A stretch of DNA of 63,181 nucleotides, filler included, from Rhabdomonas costata (GCA_019059605.1; 57 parts of 57 records of this genome joined end to end with filler, not necessarily neighbours in it); one strand, 5' to 3'. Positions 13,229 to 25,548 are shown, counted from the whole stretch's first letter. Numbers and translations are program-made. Notes: a model not told the origin generated them from the sequence alone.

Positions 13229-13610
13229 NNNNNNNNNNNNNNNNNNNNNNNNNNNNNNNNNNNNNNNNNNNNTTAATTAATTAANNNNNNNNNNNNNNNN
13301 NNNNNNNNNNNNNNNNNNNNNNNNNNNNTTTTTTTTGTGCAAATATTGGTAATGAATAAATATGTTCTTTATATAACTTTTTCATTCCAAATATAGAATT
13401 AAATTTTTTATTTACCAATGATAAATTATTTATGGAATGAAACGTTAAATACTCGTAAAATGTCGAATTGTAATAATTGTTAAATATGTTTATATATTGT
13501 TCATATTATTTTTATTACACATTTAAATATTTATTATGGATAGTATCAGTACTTGTTGAAATCTTTATATTGGTTATATATAATAGCTTGTTTTTTTAAA
13601 AACAAGATTT

Positions 13611-13859
13611 ATGATGGATCTATCTACAAAATTAAAAAACTTTAATGATATGCTTATAGCTCTTTGTCCATGGTGTAATGGTACAATATTAATTTTAGAA
13701 AGAAATTGTAATATATTCCGTCATGCATATGATAAAAATGGACATCAAGTCAATCCACATGCAACAGAAAAAGAATGTGTCAATAATACTTTTTATGGAT
13801 GTGGATTTCCTTTTCGTATTGAAAATAATGAACTTGTAAAATGTTCTTTTGATACTTAA
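13611..13859 (+). CDS. Small Cys/His-rich hypothetical protein of giant-virus (NCLDV)-like type
   Basis: Complete 82-aa intronless ORF in very AT-rich DNA; CPWC...NCNIFRH...QVNPH...KEC...YGCGFPF resembles a small conserved protein I recall from Mimiviridae-like genomes (not verified by search). Confidence 0.7.
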   Translation: MMDLSTKLKNFNDMLIALCPWCNGTILILERNCNIFRHAYDKNGHQVNPHATEKECVNNTFYGCGFPFRIENNELVKCSFDT

Positions 13860-13888
13860 ATTTTAAATATTGAAATATTTAAAATTTA
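13857..13888. terminator. Perfect AT-rich hairpin between convergent ORFs, putative bidirectional 3'-end signal
   Basis: TAAATTTTAAATATT-GA-AATATTTAAAATTTA, 15-bp arms whose outer triplets are the stop codons of the two genes. Confidence 0.7.
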
Positions 13889-14276
13889 TTTTTTATTTTG
13901 TAAATAATCTAGATCTGATTGTGTTACAAATATTTTCTTTTTACATGAATCATCTATCACAGTAAATTTTCCATCGATATATGAGAATTCTTCGGATATA
14001 ATATCTTTTGATGAAAGTTGTTTAAATACTTTATCATACATCATTTTGTGATGTATATGATTTATAATTGCATCAGATGTTCTTTCAAATTGGAACATAT
14101 ATTGACTATTGAATTCCAAATGTACATGAATTTGTATTTGGTCAATGATTTCTTTTAATTTATATATGGAGTATATAAATTTAAAATTTGTACAATTGAT
14201 ATGTGATGTCATGATTGTTATTACACTACTTAGTACTTCTAATTCTGAATATGCAATATCAAAAAAGATAACTTTA
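13886..14276 (-). CDS. Hypothetical protein on the AT-rich contig, probably 5'-truncated
   Basis: 108-aa ORF from ATG 14212; the frame stays open upstream (KVIFFDIAYSELEVLSSVITI) to the fold-back junction. Confidence 0.6.
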
Positions 14277-14332
14277 TTGATATTGCATATTCAGAATTAG
14301 AAGTACTAAGTAGTGTAATAACAATCATGACA
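14207..14332. repeat. 56-bp perfect inverted repeat at contig end, probable amplification fold-back
   Basis: Arms 14207-14262 and 14277-14332 are exact reverse complements around a 14-nt loop. Confidence 0.9.
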
Positions 14333-14657
14333 CCACACANNNNNNNNNNNNNNNNNNNNNNNNNNNNNNNNNNNNNNNNNNNNTTAATTAATTAANNNNN
14401 NNNNNNNNNNNNNNNNNNNNNNNNNNNNNNNNNNNNNNNTTTGTGTTTGGGCGACATTGTGCTCTGTTCCGTTTTGCCGCGTTTGTGTGTTTTCGTGCAG
14501 CCCCGACCTGTGGCGTGTGTTTTGTGCTTCTTGGCTAGTGGTATTGTTTTGAAGAGAGTCTGGAAGGCAATCATTCTCTCGTTTTTTATCCCCCACCCTC
14601 CGAATGATGCGAAGCAAGGGCAAAACTGGAGGAGAAGGCCGAGAGGGCGGTGTATTG

Positions 14658-15450
14658 ATGGGCACAATTGGCGAGCTTCCCATCGATCTGTGGGGTGCTC
14701 TTCTCGCCCGGCTGCACTGTAAAGAGGTGTTGGAGGCAGGGGTTGTGCTGTGCGCAGGCCGGCAATGCTCCTGCCCTTGGGCGGGGAGTGTGGTCTCAGA
14801 GGAGCTGCGGAAGAGGCCCAGGCCTGGTAAGTTGGCTGAGGTGAAGGGCGCCATCGCGTGCTGCGCGATTTCCCCGAATGGTTTGCCTCGCGCCTGTTAT
14901 CTCTCTTCGTTTCTGACTTTACCCACTTTGCGTCGTAGTCTCTGTTCTGTTGACATCGGTCTCTTAAGGTCTCTGGAAGTGCTCGGGCTGGTCATGATGG
15001 TTTGACGTTTGCGATGCAGGGTTCACCACACGGGATCAGAGAGCGTTTCTCAGAGCTTGTGTTCGTTCCTTCTTATGAGTGACAGGAAAGAAATGCGTTT
15101 CACCGTTTTTTTTTGGCATTGCGCTTCTCCACATGCACACCAAACACACACCCACATACATCGCGCGCAGCACTCACACGCACACACGCCCAGCGACCAT
15201 TTTGAGTGCTGCGGCATTGCCTTTCAGTGGACCGCCTTGCCGTTGTTTTCGGGAACCCTCTGCGAGTGCGAGTGCTCAGCCTGCGCACTGGGGAAGTACT
15301 GTTAAGGCTCTCCCACCAGTATGGTCTAGAGTTCAGCGTGTGCTTCAGCCCTGACGGCGAGGAGCTGCTGTGTGGCTGCTCAGATCTCGGTTACTGCTGG
15401 GACGAGTCAGCGGTGCTTTGGAATTCCTTGAGCGGAGCTACCCAACCACC
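14658..15450 (+). CDS. F-box-like/WD40-repeat protein, exons 14658-14880 and 15228-15450, partial
   Basis: IGELPIDLWGALLARL (F-box-like), AIACCAISPN spliced in phase 1 to DRLAVV...SVCFSPDGEELLCGCSD...AVLWN (WD40). Confidence 0.65.
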
Positions 15451-18400
15451 NNNNNNNNNNNNNNNNNNNNNNNNNNNNNNNNNNNNNNNNNNNNTTAATT
15501 AATTAANNNNNNNNNNNNNNNNNNNNNNNNNNNNNNNNNNNNNNNNNNNNGGTGTTTTGCTCATTAATGTAGTCGGTAAGTCCGTCGCAGCTTTGCCGAA
15601 TGGTGCGGTTTTCTCTCTCGCTCTTTTAAACGGGTAGTGAATGTCGAGTATTTTATATTCTTGGTGAGTCATTGCCCGTACTCCACTCCATGCTTATGTC
15701 AAGTAGAAACACCATTATTAGTATCTCCTTTGTGCTCCTTCTGGAATGAATGTTGCTTGAGTGTGGCCGAATCGGATCTTGCAATGGCTGCTTTGTGGTT
15801 TTTGTGATTCGAACCGGTCCAATTTCGCAAAACAGAAATCACCCACCAAGCCATGATTGGCCCGGACGTGTTTCGGCGCCATTGTCTGTGAAGCAATTGA
15901 AGGACCAAATTTGGGCAATAGAATAGTTGGATACGTCTAATTTAGAATTCTGATGTTGGTGGATGTGTCCATTCCTGGCAGTCTGCTAAACTCAAACCCT
16001 TGCTGCTTACATACAGACAACCATTCTGTCCGCTCAGGGTGGTTCCTTGGAAGACGTCCTGGATGGGCTTGCGGGAGAATTCGCCTTCCAGTGTCTTCGC
16101 GAGCAGGCCCGCTCTGTGGGCGCCTGCGAGGAGCTCCCAGTTTCCCTGAATCTCCTAGCTCCAACGAGGAAGCCCGAGGATGCCCCGAAGGATCCACAGC
16201 GGTTTGGCTCAGGGGTCGAGCTGCGCCTCCAAAGGCAAGCCCGCCGAGCCGTGGTTACGGTGAGCCCAGCGGCGTGCTGGTTCACTGATAGTCCCGCACC
16301 CAAACAGAAGGTCGATCTGCCTGTCGGGTGGCATACGCTCCACCTTCGTTATGATAAGACAGCCAGAGAAAAGTGTAATGGTTACCTTCTGGAAGATTTT
16401 TCAGTGCAGTGCGTCAGTGATGGAATACGCACTGCGGCGTAGAGTTCTTCGACCTTGGAGTAAAAACTCGATTAAAAGCCTTATCTTGCGCGCAGGGACG
16501 AAGTTCGATCGCTCCCGCAAAGCTGCACATGTCAGCTCTTATTCGAGGCGGAGCTCGCTTTNNNNNNNNNNNNNNNNNNNNNNNNNNNNNNNNNNNNNNN
16601 NNNNNTTAATTAATTAANNNNNNNNNNNNNNNNNNNNNNNNNNNNNNNNNNNNNNNNNNNNAACCTCTGCGTCCGTCGACGCTGCCGCTCCAGTGGAAGT
16701 CTGCAGGCTCAGCCTTCGACCTGAGCGGAATTCCGCCGGAAGACTCCCCACTTGCCAGGGTCGGACGACTGCGCCATCATTTGCAACCGCAGCAGCGTGG
16801 CCAAGATTGTGGTTGACCTTGGGGGAAGGACGAAAAAGCTGGGGGTGGTAGAGCGCCACCCCCCGCTCGTTCGGGGTGAGAGTCGACCCTTGTGCAATCT
16901 TTTCAACCAGCTCAGGGGTCATCTTCGGCTCCGGACGAGGCTCGTATACTCCGAAGAGACTCGAAGAGGTGGCGGGTATGGATGGAGGTCTCCTGCCATA
17001 GGCTGCAGGAAAAAGGCAGCCAACGCTACTACAAGAATACGTGTGTAACTGTGTAACTGTATAAAAGACTGTTAGTGTGTGTTGTAATCATTAATCAGAT
17101 AAAATTTGAACATTGTAATATTCAGTCTCTTAATTAACATTAGGAAGCCCCCCCCCATTCAAGCACGCTCACCAATGCCAACAAGGCAAAAATCCCAATT
17201 AAATATCTCACAGACTCTCTCAGTTCAAAAAACACTTGCCCTCTCCTCCGATTCTCCTCCGGTGGAGCCGTGACAGCGTGAGAGCGTAAATGTTGTGAAT
17301 GATGAAAGCTGATTACCACTACGAAAGGCATGCACACAATAGGTATGGAAATCAAACAAGCAAGGCATGCCCCAACAGACGGGAAAACAAACCTTTCCGA
17401 CAATGAGGGTCAGGATCAGCGCCCTGCTGACGCCAGTCATAAGTTGTCCTCTGTGCCCTAGAAGGAGTCTTTGAAAGGGAGATTGAACGATACAAAACAA
17501 TGCGGCAATTGAAAATTAACTCCCAAAAAAATGTCAACTCAACAAAACAAACACCGTGGTTGACTTCTCCTGTGGAACCCGGTTTTCGTCACTAAAAAAG
17601 GTGTAAGATAAGACATAAGAACCAGAATCATTCAAATTCAACCAAGATTATTTTTAAAGGAAACACCAACACNNNNNNNNNNNNNNNNNNNNNNNNNNNN
17701 NNNNNNNNNNNNNNNNTTAATTAATTAANNNNNNNNNNNNNNNNNNNNNNNNNNNNNNNNNNNNNNNNNNNNTATTGGTGATTTAAAGTGAAAGGAAAGA
17801 AGCTGTTGTATTTTTTTTGAGGGGGGGTTGTTAAACGCACCTGAGCACCAACACTCGGAAACGTTCAACGCCAGAAACGTGTAACCCCCCCCCCCCTCCA
17901 ATACAATTGGGGGCCGGAAGTGAAGCCATCAAACAACAATGAGGCAGGGGTGGAGGAAAAAAAGGAAAAATACAATTGTCCCAAAGGAAACTATCAAACG
18001 TTGATGTCGGTTGGAAGTGGGATGTGGGATGCTTCTTTCTTAATCGCGGCAATTAATGTCTGACACAATCCGTCTAGACATTCACACACAAAACCAATCT
18101 CTTGGCAACGCAAATCCAGCCCCAATCTCTGAACCACATACCTCCTCCCACGCTAAATGAGTGACTTCGGGTTGTCTCGGGTCAGGAAATCTTTTCGAAA
18201 AAAGCCTGACCGCATGCAAGCAGCAGGAGGATGAGGGTAATGTGCCTGCTCTCGCAACTGGCCGTTCTCGACTTCCAGCTCCCGTACCCGCAGCTGCGTC
18301 CTCGCGTACTCCTCGCTGGAGGTCAGCCGCCGCAACTCTGCGCTGAGGCTGGCGATCTGTGACGCCACCATAGGGAAAGCGAAAGGACCAAAGCACAGCC

Positions 18401-18750
18401 AGACCTTTCTGTATAAACATCGAAGATGCACATGATTTGAGCGCAAAAAGGCAAACCGTCAACCGTCCCGAGAATGCGGAACCACACAAACCTCAAGCGG
18501 TGAAGCAAAATTAAGTGGGCTTTCTCAAATTACTGCACATTCTGGGGCTACTGAGGAACACACATGACAACAGGACAAAGGGCTTCAACTTCGACTGAAT
18601 CTAAATGTGAAAAGGCTTTCATAATAACTGCAAATGGGGACAGTTGCAGTTCTATTCGTTGCAACCCACATATCCATATTTGAAGAGGATAAACGACCAG
18701 AACAGCTTGAAGTAGAAGTTGCACAGTATAAAATTGGAAACATGTTTCTC

Positions 18751-18782
<32 letters not shown>

Positions 18783-20002
18783 CNNNNNNNNNNNNNNNNN
18801 NNNNNNNNNNNNNNNNNNNNNNNNNNNTTAATTAATTAANNNNNNNNNNNNNNNNNNNNNNNNNNNNNNNNNNNNNNNNNNNNTAATAGGGGTAAATGAC
18901 TTTATTTTGAGGGAAGACGGTGGGGGGTATACACAGTTTTAGTGGCAGGCAATAAGGTGTGGGAAAGCGGAGCGGACCGCACAGAGAGAGACAGAGAGAG
19001 ACGAAGTGGAGAGGAGTGAGTCGAGCGACGTGCGCGACGCGAGGCAAGATATTTTGGCCTCCGTAAGAAAACCTTTATTTTCTCTCCGGTTTGGTTTGGA
19101 CCTCTTCTTCCAGCCATGATTACCTTATTTCTTCGTTTGGAGCAGTTCCCTCGCCAATTTGTATAATTGGGCGCTTTGCACTCCTGCGGACGTTGCCTCT
19201 TGCTGAAAATAGTTTGCCGGGGTTGTCTTCTGCCTCACCGCCTCGCTTTGACAAACTCGGAGGTGGGACGTGTGGGTGAAATTTGCTCCATTGGATCCAC
19301 AATGCTCCTCTTCCACCACCTCTTGATCTCATCCGCTGTCCTCTCTTAATCTCCTCCGCTCTGATCTTCCCTCGATGCACTATTCATTGTTTGCATCCTT
19401 CGCTTCCATATCTCTCATGACATTGTCTCTCTTTTCTCCTATGGACTGCTCCACACCTCACCTACTCGTCTCTAGCAACACCTACGCAATCTAAGCCGGA
19501 ACAACCTCCACTTCTCGAGAGTAAGTAAACCAACAGTTCTCTGACGACCAATGTTTCCTCACTGCTTCACTTCTTGTTCTTCCCTGCTCCCATTCTCCCC
19601 TTATCATACTCAGGACGACATACATGGCATCCCCTCTCCTCTCCCGTGAAACCCCAGTGAATACTGTTTTGGGTTTCTTCCACCACACAATGCTCACTTC
19701 CCTCTTTTCTCTCTTCATCTTTCCGTCATAAACCTCAGTATGCGCTGTCCATCCAACAACGGTCCATACTTTGCTTCGTCCAACGCATACATCGCATAGT
19801 ACACGACCTTCACAGCGCTACAGTAGTACTTCTGGTTCAACGTCTCGCGCAATACTGGTCCTTGGTTCTTACTCCATGCCTGCTACACACAACCNNNNNN
19901 NNNNNNNNNNNNNNNNNNNNNNNNNNNNNNNNNNNNNNTTAATTAATTAANNNNNNNNNNNNNNNNNNNNNNNNNNNNNNNNNNNNNNNNNNNNGTGGTT
20001 GG

Positions 20003-20617
20003 GGCGAAGATGGCCCTACCCACCAGCCAGTAGAGACTCTTTCTGCCCTGCGTGCCATTCCCAACCTGTCCGTTATCCGCCCTGCGGATGCCAACGAGAC
20101 TGCACAGGCATGGGCGGCAGCCCTTGAGTACAAGGCCGCGCCTAAGGGCCTGGCGCTGAGCCGCCAGGGACTACCAGTGCTGGAAGGCACCAAGGAAAAG
20201 GCGCATGACGGCGTCCGCCGCGGTGCCTATGTTCTGGTGGAAAAGTCCAAGGAGACACCAGAGGTCATCCTTCTTGCTACAGGCTCTGAGGTGCAGCTCG
20301 CTGTCGCTGCCGCGAAGGAGCTAGAGGCAGCTGGAACGGCGACCCGCGTTGTGTCCGCACCCTGCCTCGAGTGGTTTGATGAGCAGGATGACGCTTACCG
20401 CGAATCTGTGCTCCCCAGCAAGGTGCAGGCGCGCGTTTCTATTGAGGCCGGTATTGCAATGCCATGGCATAAGTACACCGGTTCCTTTGGCCGCAGCATC
20501 TCCATTGAGCACTACGGCGCATCTGCTCCTGCAGGCGAGCTCTTTGAAAAGTTTGGATTCACCACTGCAGCGGTAGTTGAGGCGGCACAGGAGTCCCTAG
20601 CCGCCGCGAATAAGTAA
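20003..20617 (+). CDS. tkt: Transketolase, C-terminal part (actinobacterial, Corynebacterium-like)
   Basis: GEDGPTHQPVE, RPADANET, ILLATGSEV, VVSAPC, YGASAP...LFEKFGFT motifs; intronless; 5'-truncated. Confidence 0.96.
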   Translation, partial: GEDGPTHQPVETLSALRAIPNLSVIRPADANETAQAWAAALEYKAAPKGLALSRQGLPVLEGTKEKAHDGVRRGAYVLVEKSKETPEVILLATGSEVQLAVAAAKELEAAGTATRVVSAPCLEWFDEQDDAYRESVLPSKVQARVSIEAGIAMPWHKYTGSFGRSISIEHYGASAPAGELFEKFGFTTAAVVEAAQESLAAANK

Positions 20618-20646
20618 CCCCTAACAGGACTGGATAAGGATAAAGC

Positions 20647-21005
20647 ATGAACCATATCTCGGAACTTGCCCAGCTGGGAACCTCGACCTGGCTTGATGAT
20701 CTTTCTCGCGAGCGTCTCGTTTCCGGCAACCTCAAGGAAATCATTTCGACCAAGTCCATTGTGGGCGTGACCACCAACCCAGCGATTTTCGCTGCGGCGA
20801 TGACCAATGGCACCGCTTACGACGCCGAGCTGGCAACGCTAAAGGAGTCAAAGGCCAGCGCCGATGAAGCGGTATACGCCCTTGCCATTGAAGACGTTCA
20901 AAATGCGTGTGACCTCTTTGCGGATATTTACTCCTCCACTGATGGGGCAGATGGCCGTGTATCCATTGAGGTCGATCCGCGAATTTCGGATGACCCCACC
21001 CCACA
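20647..21005 (+). CDS. tal: Transaldolase, N-terminal part
   Basis: STWLDDLSRERL, GVTTNPAIF, GRVSIEVDP motifs; AAGGA RBS upstream; 29 nt downstream of tkt as in the actinobacterial tkt-tal operon. Confidence 0.96.
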
Positions 21006-24000
21006 NNNNNNNNNNNNNNNNNNNNNNNNNNNNNNNNNNNNNNNNNNNNTTAATTAATTAANNNNNNNNNNNNNNNNNNNNNNNNNNNNNNNNNNNNNNN
21101 NNNNNGGGTGTGTGTAGGTTTGGGTCCTCTCCCGCTTGTTTCTGTGGTGTCTGGTGGAGTGTCTGTCCTCTCACCTTGCCGGCTCTGCAATCAAGCGGTC
21201 GTCCTTCCATCCTTCTTTTAACTTAATCCGTAATACGATTTTGTCATCTTTCCGCCCACCTATCCGTCCTAACTTTGACCCTCGATTCTTGTCCAGCTAT
21301 TCCTAGTTTTCCCCTGATTTCGCCCTCCCTCTTCCTGGTTTACTCTCGGTCGGGTTTTCTGACGAATGCAATTTTCGGTTTAGAACTGTACTTAGTGCCC
21401 TTGTTTTGTTTTGTCGCTCACATTTTTACCGTTCTATTTCTTCTCGCTTTCCTTCTTGTAAATTTCTTTGGTGACCCCACGTAGCACACGTAGTTGTGTT
21501 CCTTGTTTTTACTGCTTGACATTCATTCATTCTTTGTCCATACAGCCGTCTTTGCGATTACACCCCACGCAGCACTTAGCACACAGGCCCGCCTCCCCAC
21601 TTCCATCATTTCCTACCCTTACAATATCCGTGTTCCTCCCCGGGTACATTCATGATTTGCCCCCTTCTGAATCACGCCAAAACCACGGCACCTGTTCTCC
21701 ATTTTTCTTCACATTTTCCCTTTCCCTTTCAGCGCCGCGAGTACTCCGAACACCGCAGCCACAACATACTCAAATTTTCCTTATTTGCTGACTCCCTTGC
21801 ACAGTGTCATAACTCGGAGACCTTTTTTATCTTTTTTTTTTGAGTTTGGGATCACTCAGAGAGCAATGCAACAAACTGCACGTGGGTGAAAAGGCTGAGA
21901 GGAGAAAATGCAAAGAATAAGGGAGTGTGGGAGTGGAAACGAAGTCATTGGGAGAGATAGGAAGCAAGGGCACTGCGAAGCTTTCTGCTCTCGAGTGGGG
22001 ATGTTCACCTTGAACAAAGCCGCCCGTTGGATCAGCTTCAGCGATGTTCACAGGCAGCGGCAGGGTGTCCAAGGGGGTCGCAAGCGCGCCGCGCCACACT
22101 TGAGAGCCACCACAAANNNNNNNNNNNNNNNNNNNNNNNNNNNNNNNNNNNNNNNNNNNNTTAATTAATTAANNNNNNNNNNNNNNNNNNNNNNNNNNNN
22201 NNNNNNNNNNNNNNNNTGTTGGTGTGAGGAGGGGGGCACGCTTGAGGCCAGCGGAAACACCACTGTGAACCTCGCGGGGGAGTACACGCTTTGGCTAACT
22301 GAAGGGGAGGTCGGCGCCATTGTGGGCTCCGACTCTGTGTGAGGTTTCGGCTCCACAGCTGACACCTGCTGTGAAGAACTTGGCTCGGGTAGTTCGTTCG
22401 TCACCCACTTCCGTGCATTCAGGGACCATTGGGTTTTCCTGCATGGTTTTGGAGGAGTAATCACAACCAAGCCTTTCGAACAGCTTGCCGCACTTGTCCA
22501 CCTCAACTTCTGAAAAGCGTGATAAACTTAACCATTTCTACTGCTTGTAACTGCGTCTTTGAAACAGTCCAATTGGCCAGGGTCGCGGCCTAGCTCATAG
22601 CTTGCACCAGGCAAGCAGCCAACGGGATAGCCAGAAGCGCGTGAGCGCACACACACAAACACACAAACACACAGGTGTGCTGTCCTCGTGTCCCTGTGCT
22701 TCAGGTTATTGCGCGGTGGTAGCTGCGGGGAGGGGACTCTCGGTGAGGGGGTCGCTCGTTGGTGCCCGCGCGCCCGTGAACCCACTAACAATAACCTCAA
22801 CCGCCCGCAATACCCGGAAGTTCGAATGGTTCAACATTGCGTGCCGGCAGTTTTGGCGTACCATCGGTGGCACACGCGGCCGCCCAGGTTAAGAGACGCT
22901 TGGCCGCCCCGGCGCGGAAGAAAAGTAGTCGCACGGGCCGTGGGTTGCGGACCTGGTTTGCCGTTGCCGAACGTGCTTTGTGGGTCGGCATGATCCTGAT
23001 TTGAAAGGCAAGCCCGGGCTGACCGGATCTCCGGTTCCGCCGCATCCCCCCCCGCAAGGGGCTTAACGGAAAAAAAAATCGGATCAACCCCGCGTTTTTG
23101 AAGGTGATGCCAGACACCACCTTCCTTTCCTTTAATTGGAACACCGGGCGGCTGAGCGCTTACGACCCTTACCTCCAATCGGTGTCGCTTTTTGCCGTTT
23201 TTCTCTCCTTTATCCCCCCCCAACACANNNNNNNNNNNNNNNNNNNNNNNNNNNNNNNNNNNNNNNNNNNNTTAATTAATTAANNNNNNNNNNNNNNNNN
23301 NNNNNNNNNNNNNNNNNNNNNNNNNNNCCCTTCGGTTTCCATCTACTCCACTGTGTAGCAAAATGGTTTGCTTCTTACTACGAGGGAGAAGCAGAATTTT
23401 TCAGACAGGGTGGAGGAGGCGGCGCGTGGGAGAATCGCTGCAGAAATTGGGCCTCCGGTCTCTCTCTTTCTCTTCCGGGAATTGGGCACACGTCGACGGG
23501 AATACTTGGGTTTATTTCTGCTAAGGCCAGGTGTCACGCCCCTCTGTTGGCTACATTATCGTTACATCGTTATTCTGAGGTGTCATGGTATTTCCTCCTT
23601 TCCCTCTTGTCTTTGCCTTTTGCCTTCCATCGTTCCGTTTCAGTGAGCTCTCTCTCGGGAGGAGATCTGCTGCCCCCCTCGCCGGCTCTGCCCCGCGGCG
23701 CCTTGCCGCCAACGTGCGGTCCCCATGGTCTGTGTGTATGTGTGTCTGAGTGCAGGGGTAGCTGAGTTGAGTGGGACGTGGGTTGAGATAGTCAAGTCAC
23801 CGAACGACCAAAAAAAAAGCTGTGGCATTCGACTCGGCGAGGCGTGTACGTCCCGGAAACCCCGTGTGAACGCGATGCACATGCGCACTGGGGCGTCCCG
23901 CATAGTCGCTGCGTTTGGAGGGCCGTACTCATCAATAGCAAGGGACCTTTCTCGTTGTCGCCAGATTTCAGAGGCCTCATACAATTCGTTGGGATTGGAA

Positions 24001-24699
24001 ACAAGTAGTACAAGTTGCTACAAGTACAGTTAAGTACAGTTGTAGTACAAGTTAGTACAAGTTGTTAAAGAGCGGAGCACGGATCGTTTCCTAACTAATT
24101 TAGCCTAATTTAGTGACTAGTTTAACTAACTAACTAGTTAACTAACTAGTTTACACTAATTTAGGTCGGAATAAAGTTGTAATCCTCGGATCTGGAGCCG
24201 TATCCAAATTACGTATCACCCCATAATGCGCGTCCACCCCCCAAACTGGGTTTTCTCCGAAGGGCTGCGAGCTGTGTGTCCATATTTTACTCCTCATGGG
24301 TGCTGAGCGTTCGAGGGGTCCAACTTGTACCCACACCCNNNNNNNNNNNNNNNNNNNNNNNNNNNNNNNNNNNNNNNNNNNNTTAATTAATTAANNNNNN
24401 NNNNNNNNNNNNNNNNNNNNNNNNNNNNNNNNNNNNNNTGTGTTACGTGTGTTTGGGTGTTTGGGGGCCACGGAAGGCACGCCCACGTCGTTGGAGGCTG
24501 GCGACTGTCGCGATGGCGCATCGCGCTCATTCCACGCACTACTGCCCTGGGCAGCATGGGGCGTCGGTAGCATCACACGCGTCAACCCACCGCTGGTAGG
24601 CAGACGACCGACGTCGTTCGTCATCCCACGACGCCACGCGCACCAGGCGCTGACGCTGTGGATCACGTGATAGCATGCGCGAAGCGTATACGGGGGCAT

Positions 24700-25448
24700 C
24701 TATGAGGGGGTGTCGGACGGCAGCGGCGCTGGCTCCTGACGACGTTTTTGGAGGCGGCGCTGGTGCTTGTCCCACGCCTCGAGGGCGGCACGGCGACGAC
24801 GCAGACCATCTTCGCCCGCCTTGCTCAGCACGCCCATGACAAGCTCGGCTACGCGCGGCGAGTCGTCGTTCGCCGGGATCGCGTACGTCACGGAGCGTGG
24901 GTCCACATTGGTATCGATGATGGCCATGGTGGGTACATGGCATTGCGTCGCTTCACGAATCGCGTGCTCATTTTCCGTGGGATTCAGCACGATGACCAGG
25001 TCCGGGCGGTAGCCTAGCGTCGACAGTTGGGTCATGTTGGGTACACTCTCGTCATTCAGGTTTCCCTGCGTACGCTGGCTCTGTACGCTGTACTGCGTCG
25101 CAGAGGCGAGGAGTTTCGAAGCGTTGGTGAGCACACCTGGCAGCCACCGCTCGGTGCTGACATGGAATCCATTCGCGCCCAGGCGCTCTACCGCGGAGCG
25201 AATCGAGGGACGCAAGTCCGGACGTGTGCCGACAATGAGCACAACACCGTCGTTTTCCGTGATACCACGAACGACCTGGGCAGCGCGGCGAAGCGCTGGC
25301 AGCGTCGCGCGCTCGACATCGATCACGGCCATGCCGTGGCGGTAGCCATACAGAAGCGGCTCAAAGCTGCGCTTGACATGCTGCTTAGCGTGGCCCATTT
25401 GCGCAGTCGCCGCCAACAGGTGGGACAGCGTGAGTTGGACCAACCCCC
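24700..25448 (-). CDS. MRP4: Mitochondrial ribosomal protein uS2m, fungal type, 5'-truncated
   Basis: LLAATAQMGH, YGYRHGMAVID, RWLPGVLTN, PDLVIVLNP, AIREA...VPTMAIIDTNVDP...YAIPANDDS motifs; intronless. Confidence 0.9.
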
Positions 25449-25548
25449 NNNNNNNNNNNNNNNNNNNNNNNNNNNNNNNNNNNNNNNNNNNNTTAATTAA
25501 TTAANNNNNNNNNNNNNNNNNNNNNNNNNNNNNNNNNNNNNNNNNNNN

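Noticed and set aside
17041-17157. TG-starting AT-rich segment near a G-run on the minus strand as an LTR with polypurine tract
   Set aside because: The purine run is not adjacent to the TG, and there is no second LTR or gag/pol sequence
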